From Eledone cirrhosa (Eukaryota): a stretch of 64,000 bases of DNA. A model generated the notes under the pieces. It saw nothing but the letters and a program-made list of their open reading frames with translations, was not told where the DNA came from and did not search any database. Where the stretch lies: contig OZ024759.1 of NCBI GenBank assembly GCA_964016885.1, positions 30,752,001 through 30,816,000 on the forward strand. Direction: 5' to 3'. The translations under genes and the position numbers were made by a program. Of the stretch, positions 57,638 through 64,000 are shown piece after piece (the stretch's first letter is position 1; every line of letters begins with the position of its first letter).

Positions 57638-57751
57638 ATATTCATTAGTTAAGCAAAACAAGATCACAAATTTCACAAGGAAGACATTATTAAATTTTAA
57701 TAATGTCTTCCTTGCGAAATTTGTGGTCTTGTTTTGCTTAACTAATGAATA

Positions 57752-57752
<1 letters not shown>
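57638..57752. repeat. TA-adjacent 2x55-bp palindrome
   Basis: ATATTCATTAGTTAAGCAAAACAAGA.../...TCTTGTTTTGCTTAACTAATGAATAT. Confidence 0.85.
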
Positions 57753-57816
<64 letters not shown>

Positions 57817-57839
57817 GAATGGGTTATATCGAATATCAA

Positions 57840-58025
57840 TAATAATTGTTTCTACTTCAGGCACAAGGCCACCAATGATCCAGTACATTACTGGTACTTT
57901 ATTTTATCGACCCCGTAAGGATGAAAGGCAAAGTTAACCTCGGCGGGATTTGAACTCACAATGGAAAGGGCCGTAACTCTATGCTACAAAGCATGGTGTC
58001 CGACCCTTTACCGATACTGCCAATT
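57840..58025 (-). mobile_element. SINE family A
   Basis: Reverse consensus match. Confidence 0.9.
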
Positions 58026-58469
58026 AACCTTCGTTTGTGTCGGCCAGAGCCATCTGTCGGGGGAGTAACGTATTACAAATCTCACACACTATTGTCTTAT
58101 GTATCGAGTATATAGCTGACCAATTAATGGTCTTATTAGTTTAAAGTGGTAACTCTCAAAATGTTTGATTTTCTGTGTGTGACAAATTATATGAAATCGG
58201 AAAAAATGGCCACTAGAGAAAATTAGTTTTAAAACATTAGTACATTTTGTAACCGTAAAACGTCATTGGGCCACCATGTTTTTATCTGTAGTTGGAGCTC
58301 AGTTACTGTTTCCCATCAAATTATTTCACTGCCTAATAAATAACATAAAAATTTTAGCTTATTTAAATAACATAAAAATAAGCTTATTTTTTCCTACGTG
58401 ACTCAAACTCGTAAACTAACACCGTTTTATGGTAAATGAATCAAACTTTTCCATATCTCTTTCTCTATA

Positions 58470-58530
<61 letters not shown>

Positions 58531-59138
58531 CTCTCTCTATCTATCTATCTATCTCTTTCTCTCCCCTCTCTCTCTCTCTCTCTATCCATATATCTCTTTC
58601 TCTCACTCTCTCTCTTTATTTATCTACCTCTTTCCCCGTCCATCTCTATCTATATCTCTCTACATATATATCTCCCCCCCTCCTCTCTCTCTCTCTCTCT
58701 CTCCCTCTCTCTCTCCCTCTCTCTCTCTCCCTCTCTCTCTCTCCCTCTCTCTCTCCCCTCTCCAACAATATCCCCATCGTCCTTCCATTTTATATCGTTG
58801 TTTTCTTTATATCATGTTCTCGTGGTTGCTGTTTGTTGTTTAGTCTTTGTCGATTCATCCTATTTTGATTTCAATATTTTGTGTTCAGTGTTTTCGCTAT
58901 TATTTTATATTTATGTAGCTCAGCTTGAAGCTAAACATCACGTACTATTTCCGAGTTTTCCCATGAGGTCTGCAATTAATCGGACTTACGAATTAGGACT
59001 CATAATGTTTTATGAGTTTATTGGGGAATATAAAAATGTGAAATTTTTAGGATTAAGCGCGTATGCCTATGAGTGTATGTATGTATGTATCTGTGTATGT
59101 ATGTATGTGTTTATCTATGTGTGTGTATATATATGTAT

Positions 59139-59227
<89 letters not shown>

Positions 59228-59264
59228 TGTGTGTCTACAAATACATAATTACATCTATGTATTT

Positions 59265-59345
<81 letters not shown>

Positions 59346-59379
59346 TACATACATGTATATATACGTATCCATATACACG

Positions 59380-59439
<60 letters not shown>

Positions 59440-59591
59440 TGTATATAAAATCATTAGAGACTCGTTTAGAAAGAGAAGTGGACCGAAATATAGTTTAGGG
59501 AGAATTGCTGGTGTCTAATGCATTTATCATTTCAACCGAATATATCTAGGTTTTATAGTATTAAAATATATTTAGGTGAGTTTCTTATAAA

Positions 59592-59657
<66 letters not shown>

Positions 59658-59661
<4 letters not shown>

Positions 59662-59905
59662 CATACTTTGGGAAGGTCATGTTGCCAATAAGAACCAGTT
59701 GTTTAACTCCAGTTGTTTAACTCCAATTTATTATAAATTTAAGAAATTTATAAAAATTTCCGATTGTTTGGTTGGTTCCACAACCGGACGGTTGTTCGTA
59801 TATTGTCAAAGTTCTTTCGTCACACATACTGTGACCTCTTCAGTGACTGGGGATTCTTCTCTTTGTTTTGGGTTTCTTCTTTGTTCTGTCCTACGCCATC
59901 TTGTG
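59658..59905 (-). mobile_element. Family P7 PLE-like fragment, hammerhead at 59805-59847
   Basis: GUCA-CUGAAGA-GGUCACAGUAUGUGUGAC-GAAAGAACUU-UGAC on the minus strand. Confidence 0.75.
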
Positions 59906-60121
59906 TTTGAGTGTCTTGTGTGCTTAGTTTGCGCATGTGTTACATCCGGGTGTCTGTGTGTGTTTTTCTTTTTTTTGATTTTGTTTTTGTTTTTTGGGGG
60001 CTTTTTTTTGTTTGTTATATATGTATATATATATTGGTTTTACACGAGAGCCGAGTTAGCTGTGCTGTGATTATAGTTTACACTACTAAGAACGTCCGTC
60101 GTATATACATATATATATATA

Positions 60122-60268
60122 TAGGGCGGGTAAAAGTCCCGAGATCCATGGGCGAGTTCTCTCCAGCGGTCTCTGTCCCTCATTATCGCTGCCATGTCCT
60201 ACGTCTCCAACAGACCAGTGTCTGTCCTTGGGGCATCAACATACGTTAACCATGGTCTTCCTCTTCCA
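60122..60268 (-). mobile_element. RTE/RTE-X-like LINE 3' fragment
   Basis: Same family as 33167. Confidence 0.8.
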
Positions 60269-60404
60269 TATATATATGTATATATATATACATATATATA
60301 TATATGTATTGTATATAAAAATATTTTATATGGATGTCTCTCTATACGGTGATCAGGCAACAGTAAAATCTCGCTATCCACCGTAACGAACAAACAGACA
60401 TTTA

Positions 60405-61062
60405 TGTAAACCTAATAAATACTGTAAGATCAAGAAATGGACTAGAAAAGACTTCGAAACTCCTGTCCTTCCTCTGTCCAGAGATGGATAGAAGGGGTGA
60501 TACACTGCTCTTCTCTGTAATACACCCACGACCCTGGAGGGTGTACATATACGACTTTATTCTGAAATACACCGTGTTAGTGCTATAATTAATGAGCAAA
60601 TATCGTTAAATTTCTCCTCATAGAACTAGATTCCTTCTGTACCAGATTCCTTCTGTACCCTACTCCTTCTGTACCCTATTCCTTCTGTACCAGATTCTTT
60701 CTCTACCAGATTCCTTCTATACCAGATTCTTTCTGTACCAGATTCCTTCTGTATTAGATTTCTTCTATACCAGATTCCTTCTATACCAGATTATTTCTGT
60801 ACCAGATTCCTTCTGTATTACATTTCTTCTATACCAGATTCCTTCTATACCAGATTCCTTCTGTACCAGATTCTTTCTGTACCAGACATCGCCTATACTA
60901 GATTTTTTCTGTTCAGAGATGGATACAAAGGGTGGTATACTGCTCTTTCCTGTACTACTCCAACGACCCTGGAAGATCAAGAGTAATGTGAAGTGAAGAT
61001 ATACGATTTTATTCTGTAACACATTGTGTTAGTGCTATAGGAAATGAGCAAATATCGTTAAA
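60405..61062 (-). pseudogene. Duplicated decayed VWA exon (two copies) separated by a 16-bp minisatellite (60627-60885)
   Basis: Both copies have CACTAAC branch point plus CAG acceptor; RVVGV/TGKSS and KDRSFEVFS resemble PRV.IV.TDGKS...LK..GI.VF. Confidence 0.45.
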
Positions 61063-61137
61063 TCCCACCTTCTCAGAGAACCACATTTCTTCTGTAGATT
61101 TCACATTAGAAAAGAGAAATATCTCAATTTTGGGCAC

Positions 61138-61570
61138 CTGCTTATAGCATCAGTATGAAGACGGGTCTGTGAAATCGATGCCACTGTCACATTAGTTTTA
61201 TCGAAGATTCATAGCACTCTCTTAGGGACAGATAATATGCAAAGCAAACTATCTGAATATTCTTCGAATCTTTTGATAGATTGTGAAAATGATTAGCAGC
61301 GATTCTAATTTATCACTGTAAGGAATTTAAAAAAGAAAACATAAATTCCAACAGGGACTTTTCTCTAAAATGTTCACACATCCCTGGATACAACAGTATA
61401 GAGTAATATATTAATTTCGCGTATTGATTTGTTTCTCTGACTGCTGATACCGTAGTACTTCAATGCCATCTATTTAGCTTCCTAATGCGGTTTGCAGAAC
61501 TAATGACCGTTCAAGTTGTAAGCCTATCAAGATATTACCTATAGGGATATGTATGAAGAACTTTTCAATT
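61138..61570 (-). pseudogene. Putative VWA pseudo-exons
   Basis: DGIEV...QIN; acceptor CCTTACAG| at 61315, FHNLSKDSKNIQIVCFAYY...HTDAI, donor CAG|GTGCCC. Confidence 0.3.
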
Positions 61571-61951
61571 AGGAAAGTAATTACATATACCATCTGCTCA
61601 TCCAAATGTGACTGGCAATTAATTTATTTTCCTCGAAAATAAATTTCGCTAATGAACTAATTCATTAAGATATGTTTTTCCATTTGTCAATCATTCAAAT
61701 GTGTTCAATTTTAAATTGTAAAGAAAAATATGCAAAATAAAAAAAATAAAAACTTTAGAGACGAACCTAAAGAATAGTTTCCATTCTAAGAGATTCATAA
61801 TGGTTTCTGAGTTAGGCACAAGGCCAGCAATTTTTAGAGGTGGGGAAGTACCAGTAACGTACTGAGGTCGATTGAAACGACTTTCTCTTGCTCCAAAAAT
61901 TGCTGGCCTTATGCCTAATGTTGCTACAATTATTATTATTATTATTATTAT

Positions 61952-62150
61952 TGGGTAGAGAGTCGGACGCCATGCTTTGAAGCATAGAGTTACGTCCCTT
62001 TATTATCTGAGTTCAAATCCCGCCAAGGTTAACTTTGCCTTTCATCCTTACGGGGTCGATACAATAAAGTACCAGTCACGCACTGGGGTCGATTTAATCG
62101 ACTTCCCCTCCCCCAAAATTGCTGGCCTTGTGCCTATACTAGAAATCAGT
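61952..62150 (+). mobile_element. SINE family A
   Basis: Consensus match. Confidence 0.9.
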
Positions 62151-62222
62151 ATTAGTAGCAGTAGTAGTGGTAGTAGCAGCAGTAGTAGTATTTGTAGTAG
62201 TAGTAGTAGTAGTAGTAGCAGC

Positions 62223-62281
<59 letters not shown>

Positions 62282-62343
62282 CAGCAGTAGTATTTGTAGT
62301 AGTAGTAGTTGTAGTAGTAGTAGTATCAGCAGCAGTAGTATTT

Positions 62344-62383
<40 letters not shown>

Positions 62384-62501
62384 CAGCAGTTGTAGTAGTA
62401 GCAGCAGCAGCAGCAGTAGTAGTATTTGTAGTAGTAGTAGTAGTAGTAGTAGTAGCAGCAGCAGTAGTAGTATTTGTAGTAGTAGTAGTAGTAGTAGTAG
62501 T

Positions 62502-62533
<32 letters not shown>

Positions 62534-62537
62534 TAGT

Positions 62538-62599
<62 letters not shown>

Positions 62600-62674
62600 C
62601 AGTAGTAGTATTTGTAGTAGCAGTAGTAGTATTTGTAGTAGTATTTGTAGTAGTAGTAGTAGTAGTAGCAGAAC

Positions 62675-62715
<41 letters not shown>

Positions 62716-62845
62716 CAGTAGTAGTATTTGTAGTAGCAGTAGTAGTAGCAGTAGTAGTAGTAGTAGTAGTAGCAGTAGTAGTATTTGTAGTAGCAGTAGT
62801 AGTAGCAGTAGTAGTAGTAGTAGTAGTAGTAGCAGGAGCAGCAGC

Positions 62846-62880
<35 letters not shown>

Positions 62881-62943
62881 CAGTAGTAGTATTTGTAGTA
62901 GCAGTAGTAGTAGCAGTAGTAGTAGTAGTAGTAGTAGCAGAAC

Positions 62944-62984
<41 letters not shown>

Positions 62985-63010
62985 CAGAGCAGTAGTAGTA
63001 GTAGCAGTAG
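62150..63010. repeat. (AGT/AGC)n tract growing from the SINE tail
   Basis: Direct. Confidence 0.95.
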
Positions 63011-63129
63011 CTGCTTGTAAAAGAAACCATGAATTATGAAGAGATGTGTGGCCACAATTTTCCATCCCAACATTAAACAAAAACTCATGCTGAAGGAAAG
63101 AAAGAAGTACATTGCTAAGTGATGTGGAA

Positions 63130-63625
63130 TTTGTGTGTGCGTGTTTCTGTCTCTGTGTGTCTGTGTGTATGTGTGCGTGTGTTTGTGTCTGTATGTCTGG
63201 GTGTGCGTGTGTATGTGTGTGTGTGTGGCGTGCGTGTTTTTGTGTATGTCTGTGTGTGTGTGTTTGTGTATATATATATATGTGTATGTGTGCGTGTGTA
63301 TGTGTGTGTATGCTTGTGTATGTCTGTGTATGTATGTGTGTGTGCGTGCGTGTTTTTGTGTTTGTGTGTATGTCTGTGTGTGTGTGTGTTTGTGTATATA
63401 TATGTGTGTGTGCGTGCGTGTGTATGTGTGTGTGTATGCTTGTGTATATCTGTGTGTGTGTGTGTGTGTTTGTGTGTATAATTGTGTGCGTGCGTGTGTA
63501 TGTGTGTGTGTATGCTTGTGTATGTGTATGTGTGTGTGTGTGTGTATGCTTGTGTGTGTGTGTGTGTGTGTGTGTATGCTTGTGTGTGTGTGTGTGTGTT
63601 TGTGTATGCTTGTGTGTGTGCTTGT
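63130..63625. repeat. (GT)-rich degenerate microsatellite
   Basis: Direct. Confidence 0.95.
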
Positions 63626-64000
63626 ATGCACCATGTATATCAGAAGCAACAGAAGTAAGAATGGAGACCCCAACACCTCGACACTAACAGAGAGATATGT
63701 CCGCTATTACATTTAATCTAAATACACACAGTCATCCTATATCATTATTATAGTAGCTTCAGCTTAACTTTCTTGAAAGATTCCCTCGTGGAGAGCAAAA
63801 TGTATGAAAATCCTCATAACCAGGCATGGCATGATAAATAAACTAACCCATTATTGTCGGTTACGATGCCTCAAGTTGCGATAACAATATATATGATTGT
63901 GTGATATTGCACGGGAATGGTCATCCGTCACTTTCAAAGATGACTGCTATAGTTGTTTGATCAATAAAATATCCTACATGCGAAACTGACGTATAAGTGG

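Noticed and set aside
61977-63676. Poly-Ser/Leu/Thr ORFs
   Set aside because: (AGT)n and (GT)n microsatellites attached to a SINE

Overview
AT-rich eukaryotic DNA with no intact protein-coding gene. The repeat content (tRNA-headed SINEs, RTE/CRE LINE remnants, very dense (TA)n) points to an octopod cephalopod (Octopus-like); this is an inference. Nearly all long ORFs in the track are microsatellite or minisatellite artefacts. Two things are not explained by ordinary repeat annotation. (1) Many short elements sit in (TA)n tracts, are often fold-back palindromes, and carry recognisable minimal type-I hammerhead ribozyme folds (CUGANGA...GAAA...NUH, palindromic stem III). At least seven sequence families are present, consistent with Penelope-like retroelement pLTRs or retrozymes, and two GIY-YIG fragments support this. 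(2) A heavily decayed minus-strand gene appears to be scattered across about 58 kb as pseudo-exons in the order VWA(xN)/EGF, Pro-rich linker, chitin-binding-like, LamG-like. That order resembles molluscan BMSP/Pif shell-matrix-type proteins. All calls were made by eye and need HMM or covariance-model confirmation.
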